Part shown: in pieces, positions 10,376 to 20,633 of the stretch
How positions within the stretch are numbered: position 1 is the stretch's first letter
How the letters are laid out: every line of letters starts with the position of its first letter
From: an uncultured Aminicenantes bacterium
GTDB taxonomy: Bacteria; Acidobacteriota; Aminicenantia; UBA2199
Reading direction: 5' to 3'
NCBI GenBank assembly: GCA_965195285.1
Contig: CBDAFS010000049.1
Location: 18,452 to 82,451, forward strand
DNA length: 64,000 bases
Translations under genes and position numbers: made by a program
The notes under the pieces: model-generated
What the model was told of the DNA's origin: nothing
The model's input: only the letters and a program-made list of their open reading frames with translations
Database searches by the model: none

Positions 10376-10870
10376 ATGAAAAAAGCGGTGATGATGATTT
10401 TTTGTCTGACATTCTTACTTTCAATGGTTAATTCCGGAGATTTTAAGTATGTGGGTGTGAAGAAATGCAAGATGTGCCACAAAGGCGAACGCAAGGGAAA
10501 TGTATACGAAACATGGATGGAAAAAGCTCATGCCAAGGCATTTGAAACCTTGAAGAAAGAGGGTCAGGAGAAGAATCCGAAATGCCTGGAATGTCATACG
10601 ACGGCTTTTAATCAAGGTGGATATAAATTGGATGATCCCAAGGCCTCAAACTTCGAGGGGGTTCAGTGTGAATCCTGTCATGGTCCCGGGTCTGTTTTTA
10701 AAAAGACCAGTATCATGAAAAACAGAGAAATGGCCTTGAAGAGCGGCTTGATCGACATCAATGAAAAGACCTGTACGGTTTGCCATGATGGAACCAAATG
10801 TGAGCATGCCAAGGGGTTTGATTACCAGAAGGGCCTGAAGACGATTGATCACACCTATACCAAGAAATAA
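10376..10870 (+). CDS. Periplasmic tetraheme cytochrome c (c554-like)
   Basis: Four CxxCH motifs (CKMCH, CLECH, CESCH, CTVCH), plus YVG and GVQCESCHGPGS motifs and a signal peptide. Start moved to ATG 10376 after SD aggagg. Confidence 0.85.
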   Translation: MKKAVMMIFCLTFLLSMVNSGDFKYVGVKKCKMCHKGERKGNVYETWMEKAHAKAFETLKKEGQEKNPKCLECHTTAFNQGGYKLDDPKASNFEGVQCESCHGPGSVFKKTSIMKNREMALKSGLIDINEKTCTVCHDGTKCEHAKGFDYQKGLKTIDHTYTKK

Positions 10871-10917
10871 AGTCTGAATACCAGTTTTTAAATAATATTA
10901 TTTATCCGAGAAGATCT

Positions 10918-11523
10918 GTGTCTAAACTCATTGTATTCCTGCTTATTTTAAGTTTGGCAATTTCCTGTAACCGGGAAGATGAAGTCCGCCAATATGTTGA
11001 AACCGAGGCGGATCCCCCTGTTTCTGATACTGTAACCAATAAAGAAGCAGGCCGGACAGTTCCGGAATTGAACTGGAAAATCCCCCAGGATTGGACTGAA
11101 AAAAAGGGTACCGGTCTCCGTCTGGCGACCCTTGTCATGGGCGGGAAGGAAAACCCGGCCGTATGTACGGTGGTGGGTTTGACGGGTGATGGGGGAGGAA
11201 TCGAAGCCAATATCAAAAGGTGGATGGGCCAGTTGAGTATTTCCTCCGAATTGGATAGCGAGAAGAAATTGGACCGGTTTCTTTCCCGACAAAATAAAAT
11301 AAAGATTTCCGGGGAGCTCTCCGGTCTCTTTATCGATTTTACCGACCTGGCCCGGTCCCCGGATAGTCTGTTCATGTTGATAACGGTTTTTCAGCTTCCC
11401 GATAAAACGATATTTGTAAAAATGATGGATAAAAAAGTCGTGCTATCCAGGCACAGAAACCATTACCTCAGCTTTATCCGGTCGTTCGAGGTCTCCAAAG
11501 GAAATGATGTTGAAAAAAATTAG
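10918..11523 (+). CDS. Conserved lipoprotein of unknown function in a cytochrome c biogenesis operon
   Basis: Lipobox LAISC. Contains WKIPQDW...GLRLATL...GDGGGIEANIKRWMGQL. Overlaps the next gene. Confidence 0.6.
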   Translation: MSKLIVFLLILSLAISCNREDEVRQYVETEADPPVSDTVTNKEAGRTVPELNWKIPQDWTEKKGTGLRLATLVMGGKENPAVCTVVGLTGDGGGIEANIKRWMGQLSISSELDSEKKLDRFLSRQNKIKISGELSGLFIDFTDLARSPDSLFMLITVFQLPDKTIFVKMMDKKVVLSRHRNHYLSFIRSFEVSKGNDVEKN

Positions 11524-12646
11524 CCGCCAGCCCCTGATCAAGTTCCTGGCTTCTCCGAAATTGACCGTCATTTGCCTGTTTCTGCTGTTGATGGTTGTGA
11601 TCTGGGGTACGGTCTATCAGGTTGATTACGGGCTTTACGCCTCCCAGCAGAAGTTCTTTTATTCATGGTTTGTTTTTCTGTTTGGGGTTTTGCCCATCCC
11701 CGGTATTGTTCTGATTTTCTGGGTTTTATTCTTGAATGTTTTAAGTGCAATGTTTTTTAGGATTCCCCTGAAATGGTCCAATACCGGAAATATCCTGATC
11801 CATGCGGGGATTCTGATTTTTTTTGTGGGCAGTTTTTTTACTTACCATTTTTCACAGGAATCCATGATCAATTTACGGGAAGGCGAGGAGAAACATTTCT
11901 CGGTTTCCAGCCGGAATTGGGAATTAGCAGTCTGGGCAGCCGGAGATAGGAGAAAAGTCGTATATGCGGTTGATACGGACCGGCTGGATCCTGAAGACCG
12001 GATACGAATTGAACCCCTGGGACTGGTAATCCGGGTGTTGGAATACCATAAAAATTCCGTGCCCCGCCTGATGAATAATGGGAATATTGGTGGTCGAATC
12101 CTCAATGCTTCCGGAATACAGGACCTGAAACCGGAGCCCCAGCAAAAAGAGCCTTCCAATAACCGGGCCGGATTGATATTTTCTATTGAAACTCCGGAGA
12201 GGGTTCCGTTTAGAATTCTTTTGTATGCAGGGGACAGGAGTCCGACTCGGGTGAAGATCAATGAGAGCCCGTTTCATTTCTCGCTTCGCAACAAGCGGTT
12301 TTTGCTGCCATTCTCTCTGAGGCTCATCGATTTTAATAAGACAGAGTATCCTGGTTCCTCCATGGTAAAAAGCTATGAAAGCCGGGTGGAGATGAAAGTC
12401 GGGGAGTTATCCCGAGAGGTGATTATTTCCATGAATAATCCCCTGCGGTACAAAAATTTCACCCTGTATCAATCCTCCTATTTCATTGCAAAAAACGGAA
12501 CGGAATACAGCATCTTGGCTGTTGTTGAAAATTTCGGAAAAATTTTTCCCTATGTTGCCAGCACCATTATTTTCCTGGGATTGTGCATCCATTTTATACT
12601 GATGTTATTGAAGAAAAGGAAAAATCAAAGGGATAGTTTCGAATGA
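11504..12646 (+). CDS. resB: Cytochrome c biogenesis protein ResB/CcsB-like
   Basis: Three N-terminal TMs with LIHAG heme-ligand His, periplasmic domain with YPG...KSYES and ISMNNPLRYKNFTLYQSSY, C-terminal TM. Confidence 0.8.
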   Translation: MMLKKISRQPLIKFLASPKLTVICLFLLLMVVIWGTVYQVDYGLYASQQKFFYSWFVFLFGVLPIPGIVLIFWVLFLNVLSAMFFRIPLKWSNTGNILIHAGILIFFVGSFFTYHFSQESMINLREGEEKHFSVSSRNWELAVWAAGDRRKVVYAVDTDRLDPEDRIRIEPLGLVIRVLEYHKNSVPRLMNNGNIGGRILNASGIQDLKPEPQQKEPSNNRAGLIFSIETPERVPFRILLYAGDRSPTRVKINESPFHFSLRNKRFLLPFSLRLIDFNKTEYPGSSMVKSYESRVEMKVGELSREVIISMNNPLRYKNFTLYQSSYFIAKNGTEYSILAVVENFGKIFPYVASTIIFLGLCIHFILMLLKKRKNQRDSFE

Positions 12647-14541
12647 TGAAAAGATTGGGAAATATATTTTCATTTCTGGTTTTATTCGGGTCACTGGTTT
12701 CCATGGGCTGGTCACAGAACGATCAATTGAAAACATCGATCAGTTCCTTAAAAAATTTGAAAAGGGTGGTGATACTGGAAAACGGAAGAAAAAAACCCCT
12801 GGATACCTATGCTCAGAATATATTAAAACAGTTTTCCGGACGGAGTCAGTTTGACGGAAAACCGGCGATCGTATGGTTGTCAAGGGTTTTACTGGATCCG
12901 CAGCAGAGCGTTGATGACCGGGTTTTCCTGATCAATCACCCCCAGGTCCTCCATTCACTGGGCATCAAAGCCGGTGAAGATCGGGATCGCTACAGCTACT
13001 CCCGGTTGGGTAGCTATTTCCCCCGGTTGAAAAGTCTGGCCTTTTCCGCATCGAAGCTTGGGGGTGATGAAAGAACAGTGGTGGAGAATGAAATTATCGT
13101 ACTCTACAATAAATTATATCTGTACCAGCAATTGATCGAGAGTATGCGGTTTGCCCGGACTCGAAGGGATTTGACCATTGTCAACAACCGGATCAAGAGG
13201 TCACTGGGACTTTCGGAAAATCGGGAGGAGTTCACCCAGCTGGAATTGATGGAGAGGATAAACCTATTGGATTCTCTCCGGCAGGACATAATGAACAAGC
13301 CGGGGGAAAAAAGATCTAAGAGTGATAACGAAACCCTGAAAATTATCCGGCAATTGGATAAAAACGCATCCCAGGCCGAGTCCCTTCCTTTTATTGTCAT
13401 TTATGAACCACAAAATCAGACTGAAAACTGGATCAGTCCCCGGGAGTCGCTGAACAGAAGTTACCGGCTTCATATGCCCATTAAAAAGGAGATCATTCTG
13501 TTGGGACAGGTTTCCGAAGCCTTCCTGACCGGTGATCAGGAATTATTTGATCGTTCCCTGAGCTCATTTAATGATATGACCTTGAAGGCATTGGAAGGAA
13601 AAGTGACCACAGGAAAAATTTCTGCTGAAATTCTATACAATCAAATTGATCCGTTTTACCGATCTGAATTTTTCTATGGACTCTCGGTTTTCTTATTGCT
13701 GCTCTCTTTTTTATTCTTCAAAAAATGGCTATACAGAAGCAGCTTTGTTTTACTGGTGGCCGGGCTTATGTTTCATACCTATGGGATGGTTTCCCGAATG
13801 GTAGTCATGTCCAGACCTCCGGTCACCAATCTTTATGAAACCTTTGTTTTTACCGGCTGGATGACGGTTGTCCTGGGGATTATCCTGGAATTTTTCAAGA
13901 AGAAAAAGATTGGCATTTTAACCGGAAGTATTTCCGGTATTATCATGCTTTTAATTGCCGGCAAATATGCCCTGGAAGGCGATACCATGGGGATGCTGGT
14001 AGCAGTATTGGATTCGAATTTCTGGCTTTCCACTCATGTGATTACCATTACCATTGGTTTTGCCGGAATTGTTATATCCGGTATTATCGGTCATGTGTAT
14101 GTGTTTCAGATGCTTTTTATTGGCGATAAAAAGGATATTGCAAAGAATACCTTTCAGTCCATATATGCCACCCAGGCCTTTGGCCTTATTTTCACTTTTC
14201 TGGGAACGGTTATGGGAGGAATGTGGGCCGACCAATCCTGGGGGCGTTTCTGGGGCTGGGACCCCAAGGAAAACGGGGCTCTGGTGGTGGTTTTGTGGTC
14301 GGTTATTCTGTTTCATGCCAAATTGTCAAAATGGATCGGAGAAAAAGAATTTTCCCTGGGAACCGTTATCGGAGTCGTTACGGTTGCCCTTTCCTGGTTT
14401 GGAATCAATTTGCTGGGCGTGGGGCTTCACAGTTATGGGTTTACCTCGGGCATTGCCCTGGTCTTGATGGTTTTCATCATCATAGAATTTATATTTGTGT
14501 TGGTCAGCGGAATATATCTGAAGAGAAAAACCATCTCTTAA
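12643..14541 (+). CDS. ccsA: Cytochrome c biogenesis protein CcsA with large N-terminal periplasmic domain
   Basis: GRKKPLDT, RPPVTNLYET, FWLSTHV, WWD motif GGMWADQSWGRFWGWDPKE, GLHSYG. Confidence 0.9.
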   Translation: MMKRLGNIFSFLVLFGSLVSMGWSQNDQLKTSISSLKNLKRVVILENGRKKPLDTYAQNILKQFSGRSQFDGKPAIVWLSRVLLDPQQSVDDRVFLINHPQVLHSLGIKAGEDRDRYSYSRLGSYFPRLKSLAFSASKLGGDERTVVENEIIVLYNKLYLYQQLIESMRFARTRRDLTIVNNRIKRSLGLSENREEFTQLELMERINLLDSLRQDIMNKPGEKRSKSDNETLKIIRQLDKNASQAESLPFIVIYEPQNQTENWISPRESLNRSYRLHMPIKKEIILLGQVSEAFLTGDQELFDRSLSSFNDMTLKALEGKVTTGKISAEILYNQIDPFYRSEFFYGLSVFLLLLSFLFFKKWLYRSSFVLLVAGLMFHTYGMVSRMVVMSRPPVTNLYETFVFTGWMTVVLGIILEFFKKKKIGILTGSISGIIMLLIAGKYALEGDTMGMLVAVLDSNFWLSTHVITITIGFAGIVISGIIGHVYVFQMLFIGDKKDIAKNTFQSIYATQAFGLIFTFLGTVMGGMWADQSWGRFWGWDPKENGALVVVLWSVILFHAKLSKWIGEKEFSLGTVIGVVTVALSWFGINLLGVGLHSYGFTSGIALVLMVFIIIEFIFVLVSGIYLKRKTIS

Positions 14542-14544
14542 AAG

Positions 14545-17500
14545 TTATTTGTTTTTTTCTTTGTACTCCTCCAGGGTGGGGATGGTAATCGGTTTTATTT
14601 TTTGTGTTTTCAATTTCTGGTTAATGGCATCCAGCTCTTGTTTGGCTATGGATTTAAATTGAATGCTGGCCTTTTTAACCTCTTTTTCCAGTACCTGCAT
14701 TCTCTTGAGCTGCGGTTCGGTGGGTTGGCCTCCGTAATTGTTGACCACTCCGTAAAGGTGGACGACCTTCTCGCGCAGCTGTTCTTCTCCGGTAATTCCC
14801 TGGTCCTTGCGGGTGGCTGCCAGCTTTTTATACATATTGTCCAGTTTCCGGGCCAGTTGTTTCAGTTTCTTTTGCAGGGAGCCTGCCCTTTTCAACTGGG
14901 CAGCCCGTTCTTTGGCCTGGTTCCTGACCTGGGTTACACAATATCCGGTGTAAGCCAGATTTTCCTGCATGTGGTACAATTTCCATACTGTTTCCTGCTG
15001 GACTTTGCGGTCTTTTGCTGAGTGGGGATAATCATCACCGAATAGGACTTTCAACTCGGTAGTATAGGTCTCTTTTCCCTTGGTCAGTTTGATTTTGTAG
15101 GTCCCTTCCGGAGTCAGCGGACCCTTCAGGGCGTATCCGGCCAGTCTACGGGCAGGCGGCACCTTGGGAGGTTTGTATCTCAGAAACCAGTATACGATAT
15201 TCATACCGCGGCGTTTTCCTCCGGGCAGGGTTTTCAACAATTTGCCTTCGGAATCGAATATTTCGAGTTTCATATTGCCGAACATGTGTCGGCGTTTCAG
15301 GTAATAGGAGATCTTTCCGACCAGAAGCGGATTGGAACCGACCCACTCTCCGGATTGAACCTTCCGGTAATCTCCCCCGTAGGTCCTGATATAAACCGGA
15401 GACGGTTCAAACAGGTGCACTTTTTTCTGCAGTATTGGCTGGCTGATTTTCCTCAACAGGGTAATATCATCGATGATATAGATACCCCGGCCATGGGTAC
15501 CGATAATCAGATCATCCTCACGGGGATGAATGGCCAGGTCGTGGACAGCTACCGGGGGGAAGTTTCCGGTAAATTGGGCCCATTGCTTTCCGCCGTTAAT
15601 GGAGATAAACAGGCCGGCTTCGGTGCCCAGAAACAGCAGGTCGGGATTGACCAGATCATCCCGGATGACCCGGGCATAACCCTTTATGGAATCAGAACTG
15701 AGGGAAGTCCAGTTCTTTCCCAGGTCAGTGGTTTTGTACACATAGGTATTCATATCACCGCTTCGGTGACCGTCAAACACGGCATAAGCGGTCTCTGGAT
15801 CGTGGCGGCTGGCCTGAACAGAGCTGCTCCAGGTATGTCTGGGCAATCCAATGATATTTGAGATCACATTCTTCCACGTTTTTCCGCTATTCCCGGTGAC
15901 CTGCAGATTGCCGTCATCGGTGCCGGCCCAGATGATATCGGAATTCTTCGGAGACACGCTGATGGCATAAATGGTGCAGTGATTTTCAGCAGTGGTATTG
16001 TCAATGGTCAATCCTCCGGTCTTTTCCTGTTGCTGCTTTTGGGGATCATTGGTGGTGAGGTCCGGCGATAGCTTCTGCCAGGAATCACCGCGGTTTGTGG
16101 AACGGAATAAAAACTGGGAGCCCACATAGATGGCCTCTTCGGTTACATGAATGGGGGTGTTCCAGTTAAACCTGAAGTCCGGCTCTCCGGCTGTGGGGTA
16201 GGGCTTGATATCTTTGCTTTCCCGGGTATCACGATGAGTCCGGAAAATATTCCCTCCCTGGTATTCACTGTAGACGATATTTTTATCCTTGGGGTCTGCA
16301 AAAACGTAAAAACCGTCGCCCCAGCCCACACCGACCCAGTCGCTGTTTTTGATGCCCCCGGGGCTGCGGGAAGGGCCTGTCCAGGAGCCATTGTCCTGCA
16401 ATCCCCCGTAAACATAATAGGGATTATCCATATCATAGCTGATTCGGTAAAATTGGCTGACCGGCAGGTTGTTTAAAAACCGCCAGCCATAACCACGGCT
16501 ATTGGAAACATAAACCCCGCCATCGGTTCCCAGAATCATGTGTTTCGGATTTGAGGGATTGATCCACAGGGCGTGGAAATCAACATGGGGACCCCCTTGA
16601 GATTCAAAGGTTTCACCGCTGTCTTTGCTGATACCCAGCACAAAACTTGGCTTGTACAGGATTTTGTGATTCTGGGGATCGGCAATTAGCAGGTTAAAAT
16701 AAAAAGGCCTTTCGTTTATGATCGGGGCAGTGGACATTTTTTTCCAGTTTTCCCCCATGTCAATGGAACGGTAAAGCGCGGTTTTTTTGGATTCAACGAT
16801 ACAAAAGACCATACTGGGACGGACCGGTGAAATGGCAATCGAAATTCGGCCCAGGTTTCCCCGGGGCAGTCCGTTGTGGATCTTTTTCCAGTTCCGGCCC
16901 CCGTCAAGGGAACGGTACAAGCCGCTTCCCGGACCTCCTGAATTGAAAAAATAGGGATAACGGCGATATTGCCACATGGCCGCATAGAGGATATTCGGTG
17001 CTTTCGGGTTTATGGCCAGATCCGCGCAACCGGTGTTCTTATCCACATACAATATCTTTTTCCAGGTTTTCCCACCGTCAGAGGTTTTGTAAACCCCCCG
17101 CTCCTCATTGGCATTCCACAAATGGCCCATGGCAGCCACATAAACGGTATCCGGGTTCTGGGGATTGATCACGACACGGCTGATTCGTTCGGTTTCTTTC
17201 AATCCCAGATTTTTCCAGTTGTCACCGCTGTCAGTGGTCTTGTAGATCCCGTCCCCGACCGAAACACTGTTCCGGGGCCAGCATTCTCCAGTACCCACCC
17301 ATACGATCTTGGGATTAGACTGATCAATGCATACGGAACCGATACACTGGTTGTATTTTTCAAAAATCGGTTTGAATGAAACCCCGCCATTGGTTGTTTT
17401 CCAAACGCCTCCACCGGCAGCGCCGACATAGAAGATATTGGGGTTTTTATGAACGACATCCAGACAGGAAATTCGGCCACTCATGACTGCCGGACCTATG

Positions 17501-17628
17501 GGCCTGGCCTTTATGGACCCGAAAATATATTCATCGATTTTAATTGTTTTTTCGGATTTGGTTTCTGCGTTTACAAATATTGAGGTCATAAACACAGAGA
17601 TGATGATCAAAAAATAGAATTTTTTCAT
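14545..17628 (-). CDS. Secreted VPS10/BNR (Asp-box) beta-propeller protein (glycosyl-hydrolase-like)
   Basis: Signal peptide, IGPAVMSGRI, repeated Asp-boxes (KTTNGG, KTTDSG, KTSDGGKTW, RSLDGGRNW), GGLQDNGSW, FNWNTP, THGRG. Confidence 0.8.
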   Translation of the reverse strand: MKKFYFLIIISVFMTSIFVNAETKSEKTIKIDEYIFGSIKARPIGPAVMSGRISCLDVVHKNPNIFYVGAAGGGVWKTTNGGVSFKPIFEKYNQCIGSVCIDQSNPKIVWVGTGECWPRNSVSVGDGIYKTTDSGDNWKNLGLKETERISRVVINPQNPDTVYVAAMGHLWNANEERGVYKTSDGGKTWKKILYVDKNTGCADLAINPKAPNILYAAMWQYRRYPYFFNSGGPGSGLYRSLDGGRNWKKIHNGLPRGNLGRISIAISPVRPSMVFCIVESKKTALYRSIDMGENWKKMSTAPIINERPFYFNLLIADPQNHKILYKPSFVLGISKDSGETFESQGGPHVDFHALWINPSNPKHMILGTDGGVYVSNSRGYGWRFLNNLPVSQFYRISYDMDNPYYVYGGLQDNGSWTGPSRSPGGIKNSDWVGVGWGDGFYVFADPKDKNIVYSEYQGGNIFRTHRDTRESKDIKPYPTAGEPDFRFNWNTPIHVTEEAIYVGSQFLFRSTNRGDSWQKLSPDLTTNDPQKQQQEKTGGLTIDNTTAENHCTIYAISVSPKNSDIIWAGTDDGNLQVTGNSGKTWKNVISNIIGLPRHTWSSSVQASRHDPETAYAVFDGHRSGDMNTYVYKTTDLGKNWTSLSSDSIKGYARVIRDDLVNPDLLFLGTEAGLFISINGGKQWAQFTGNFPPVAVHDLAIHPREDDLIIGTHGRGIYIIDDITLLRKISQPILQKKVHLFEPSPVYIRTYGGDYRKVQSGEWVGSNPLLVGKISYYLKRRHMFGNMKLEIFDSEGKLLKTLPGGKRRGMNIVYWFLRYKPPKVPPARRLAGYALKGPLTPEGTYKIKLTKGKETYTTELKVLFGDDYPHSAKDRKVQQETVWKLYHMQENLAYTGYCVTQVRNQAKERAAQLKRAGSLQKKLKQLARKLDNMYKKLAATRKDQGITGEEQLREKVVHLYGVVNNYGGQPTEPQLKRMQVLEKEVKKASIQFKSIAKQELDAINQKLKTQKIKPITIPTLEEYKEKNK

Positions 17629-17645
17629 GCCTGATCTCCTCTTGG

Positions 17646-18404
17646 CTATTTCTCCTCTTTTTCGGTTTCCAATGCCTCTTTTTTCTCGGGCATAATAAAC
17701 ATGGAATCATCCAGGTCAAGGTTGATTTCAACCTTTTCCAGAGTGAGTTGCCTGACCGTGTTGCCGCCCATTTTTATTTCTGTGGAGTGGGGCATGATAA
17801 AGCCATGAACCTCTTTGAAATCTCCCTGAAAAGTGTCAATTTCATATTCCTGCTCACCCCGTTTGACTTTGGATGTGATCTTGATAGGCAGAAAATATTC
17901 GGAATCCAGATAGATATACCGAATGTTGCTGCTCTTCATGGTCAGTTTCAATTTATAGGTTTCGGTTCCTTCGACTTCTTCTTTTCCCATCAGTTCCACC
18001 TGGTGGCCTTTTTTCTGATAATCCATCAGGGAACCGTCAATGTCGGCATCCTCGGCAAGGTTTTTGGTTTGTTCATCTGAAAGTTTTTGCGGGTCCGGAT
18101 TACCTCCAAAAGGATAAATTCCCCAGGCAACGATTCCATCAAAGGCCTGGACCATTTCCATTCCCTGAATAGTGGCATTCAGTCGGAACTTGTTGGGCCT
18201 CTTATTGAAAACAATAGCAGGTCCTTCAATACCCTGGGTGGTAAACTTCAAGGTCAACTTCATGGTATTAATGGATTTTAATTTCTCGTATCCACCCAGT
18301 GCCTCATAATGCTTTTTCAATACATCGTCCACGGTGAGGTCGGAACCGAGAAGGTTCATTGAAATGAGTAAAACAAACCCCAGATAAAGAATTTTTCTAA
18401 ACAT
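17646..18404 (-). CDS. LolA-like / outer-membrane lipoprotein-sorting family protein
   Basis: Signal peptide, ALGG.EKL, KRPNK.R, FDG..AW, D.KEV.G..PH pattern. Confidence 0.6.
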   Translation of the reverse strand: MFRKILYLGFVLLISMNLLGSDLTVDDVLKKHYEALGGYEKLKSINTMKLTLKFTTQGIEGPAIVFNKRPNKFRLNATIQGMEMVQAFDGIVAWGIYPFGGNPDPQKLSDEQTKNLAEDADIDGSLMDYQKKGHQVELMGKEEVEGTETYKLKLTMKSSNIRYIYLDSEYFLPIKITSKVKRGEQEYEIDTFQGDFKEVHGFIMPHSTEIKMGGNTVRQLTLEKVEINLDLDDSMFIMPEKKEALETEKEEK

Positions 18405-18455
18405 GGTTTTCCTCCTTGTTTTTGAGTATTATTTATTAGAATTTAAAATAGGTCA

Positions 18456-18479
18456 TACGTTTATCAAAAAAAAAAGTTT
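18456..18479 (-). promoter_or_regulatory. Candidate ECF (SigW-like) promoter AAAC-N16-CGTA
   Basis: Minus strand reads AAAC tttttttttt gataaa CGTA about 50 nt upstream of the 18404 start. Confidence 0.4.
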
Positions 18480-18526
18480 TTTTTGTAGATTTTAAAAAAA
18501 GAATATAAAGTATGAGTTTGCCGGGA

Positions 18527-19027
18527 TTATTTTTTCCCGCTTATTTTATCAATTTCATCAAGAACCAGTTCAATGATCCTGGGAATTTTTTTCTTGATTT
18601 CCGGAGAGAGATGCATCCCGGTCTTCAGGTTTTTGGGTTCGACACCGATGACAATGGTTTCCGGGGTATTACCGATCAGGCTGGACAGATTAATCACTTC
18701 CAGTATCCCGATCTGATGCACCGAGGTTTTGAAGAGATTCGGACAGTTGGGCGCGTCATCAATATGAAACCGGTAGATTGAGCCAGGCGAGCCTCCACCC
18801 TTCAGGCTGTCAATCACAATCAGATGATTACATGAGGTGATAATATTCAGTAGGCCGAAGCCAGCGGTTCCGCCTTCAATAATGTTGATTTCCGGGGGGA
18901 AGTCTTTTTTCTGAATTTCCTTGATGACATGGATACCCACCCCTTCATCGCACAGGAGTTCGTTGCCGACCCCTAAAATGGTTATCTTGGGGGAGGGAAT
19001 ATTTCTATTCTTTCCCCTATGTTTCAT
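18527..19027 (-). CDS. Hydrogenase maturation endopeptidase (HyaD/HybD family)
   Basis: ILGVGNELLCDEGVG, EGGTAG, VIDS, SVHQIG. Confidence 0.9.
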   Translation of the reverse strand: MKHRGKNRNIPSPKITILGVGNELLCDEGVGIHVIKEIQKKDFPPEINIIEGGTAGFGLLNIITSCNHLIVIDSLKGGGSPGSIYRFHIDDAPNCPNLFKTSVHQIGILEVINLSSLIGNTPETIVIGVEPKNLKTGMHLSPEIKKKIPRIIELVLDEIDKISGKK

Positions 19028-19069
19028 GTTTCAAATCTAACCAAATCTTTTTTGTTTGATAATGATGCT

Positions 19070-20632
19070 TTACTCAACGATAAACTTTTTAATTTCATTG
19101 GTCTGGGGATCAATGAGGTGTACTGCACAGGCCAGACAGGGATCGAAAGACCGTATAATCCTGACCACGTTAATGGGGTTATCAGGATCCGGTACCGGGG
19201 CGCCGATCAGGGCTTCTTCATACTGACCTCTGATCTTGCGGTTGCAGCGGGGTGAGGCATTCCAGGTCGACGGAACAACGCATTGGTAGTTGTCAATTTT
19301 TTTATTCTTTATGTTTATCCAGTGTCCCAGAGATCCGCGGGGCGGTTCATAAAATCCGGCACCCATCCCATTTTCGGGTGGTTCCCAGTGTTTGGTGTCA
19401 TGAATCTTGAAGTTGGGTTTGGTCATCTCAGTCAGTAATTGATCGCACCACTGGTAACAGGCATCCACCACCAGTTTGGTTTCCAGTGCACGGGCGGCAT
19501 GTCGCGCCACAACACCCGGTTTGACTCCCTTTCCAACCAGTTTGAGCAGGTCAGGATTCTTTGCTATCAACTGGCGGGCCAGAGGACCTACTTCCATGGA
19601 CATGCCATTGTATCTTGGGGCCTTGGTAAAGGAATAGGCCCGCTTTTTATCGAGCTGAAAAACGGTTTGCCCCTTGGCGGGATGCAGGGGTTTCCGGCCC
19701 ATATACCAGGCATAATTGACGGCTTCGGTAATTTTTTCGGCTTCAAAGGGCTCCACGACGATATTGGCAGGGTTCAGTTTGTTGATGACCCCGGCCGGGA
19801 AAAGGAGCTCATCCTTGGGTGGATGTTTGTGCAATGAACCGTAGGAGAGATAATTGTAATGACCTCCTCCCAATCCACTCGTTGCCAAAGGCAGCAGAGG
19901 ACCGGTACCAAAGGCCAGTACATCGGGCAGGTATATCTCATTGACGAATTTTGCCTGTTCATCCAGCATGGTACGGAATTTTAATACCTGGGTTACATCC
20001 GGAAGCTGGGTGAATCCGCCCACCACAATACTCTGATAATGGGGCTGCCTGCCGCCAAAAATGGCTCCCATGTTCCGGGCCTTGGCCTGCATGGACAGGG
20101 CATCGATATAGTGTTTGACCGCTGTTATTACCATATCCGGATCATTGACGCAGAATTCGTCCGGTTTGTATCGGGGGGTCAGGGGATAGGTATCCTTGGA
20201 TTTGACCAGGGTTAGTATCTTATCCTTGACAACCAGCAGTCCCTTGTCTTTTCCCTGATAATTGGCTATGGCCATAATGTCCAGATAATCCAGGGCCGAG
20301 AGGTGGTAAAAGTGGAGCGGATGATCATAAATATACTGCGCACCCATAACCAGGTTTCTCAGGAGTGTGCCGCCGGTGGGTACGGTTGCTCCAAAGGCAT
20401 CATCCAGGGCGTAAGCCGAACATAATTGATGGACGCTGTAACAGACACCACATATCCTGGAAGTCACATAGGATGCATCCCGGGGATCTTTTCCCTTGAG
20501 CAATAATTCCATACCCCTGGCCATGGTTCCGGAGCTCCAGGCGTTCTTGACTTTACCGTTTTCGATTTCAACTTCAATTTTCAGGTGTCCCTCTATTCGT
20601 GTGACCGGGTCAACAACGATTCTCTTTCCCAT
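19070..20632 (-). CDS. [NiFe] hydrogenase large subunit (group 1, probably 1a-like)
   Basis: DPVTRIEGH, L1 RICGVC, L2 RSFDPCLACAVH followed by a cleavable C-terminal tail. Confidence 0.93.
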   Translation of the reverse strand: MGKRIVVDPVTRIEGHLKIEVEIENGKVKNAWSSGTMARGMELLLKGKDPRDASYVTSRICGVCYSVHQLCSAYALDDAFGATVPTGGTLLRNLVMGAQYIYDHPLHFYHLSALDYLDIMAIANYQGKDKGLLVVKDKILTLVKSKDTYPLTPRYKPDEFCVNDPDMVITAVKHYIDALSMQAKARNMGAIFGGRQPHYQSIVVGGFTQLPDVTQVLKFRTMLDEQAKFVNEIYLPDVLAFGTGPLLPLATSGLGGGHYNYLSYGSLHKHPPKDELLFPAGVINKLNPANIVVEPFEAEKITEAVNYAWYMGRKPLHPAKGQTVFQLDKKRAYSFTKAPRYNGMSMEVGPLARQLIAKNPDLLKLVGKGVKPGVVARHAARALETKLVVDACYQWCDQLLTEMTKPNFKIHDTKHWEPPENGMGAGFYEPPRGSLGHWINIKNKKIDNYQCVVPSTWNASPRCNRKIRGQYEEALIGAPVPDPDNPINVVRIIRSFDPCLACAVHLIDPQTNEIKKFIVE

Positions 20633-20633
20633 T

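Noticed and set aside
9160-10870. Porin-cytochrome conduit for extracellular electron transfer
   Set aside because: The porin is small and OprP-like rather than MtrB-like, the cytochrome has only four hemes, and the roughly 200-nt AT-rich gap suggests separate transcription.
19130-19145. Selenocysteine in the hydrogenase large subunit
   Set aside because: The codon at the DPx position is TGT (Cys) and the ORF is uninterrupted.
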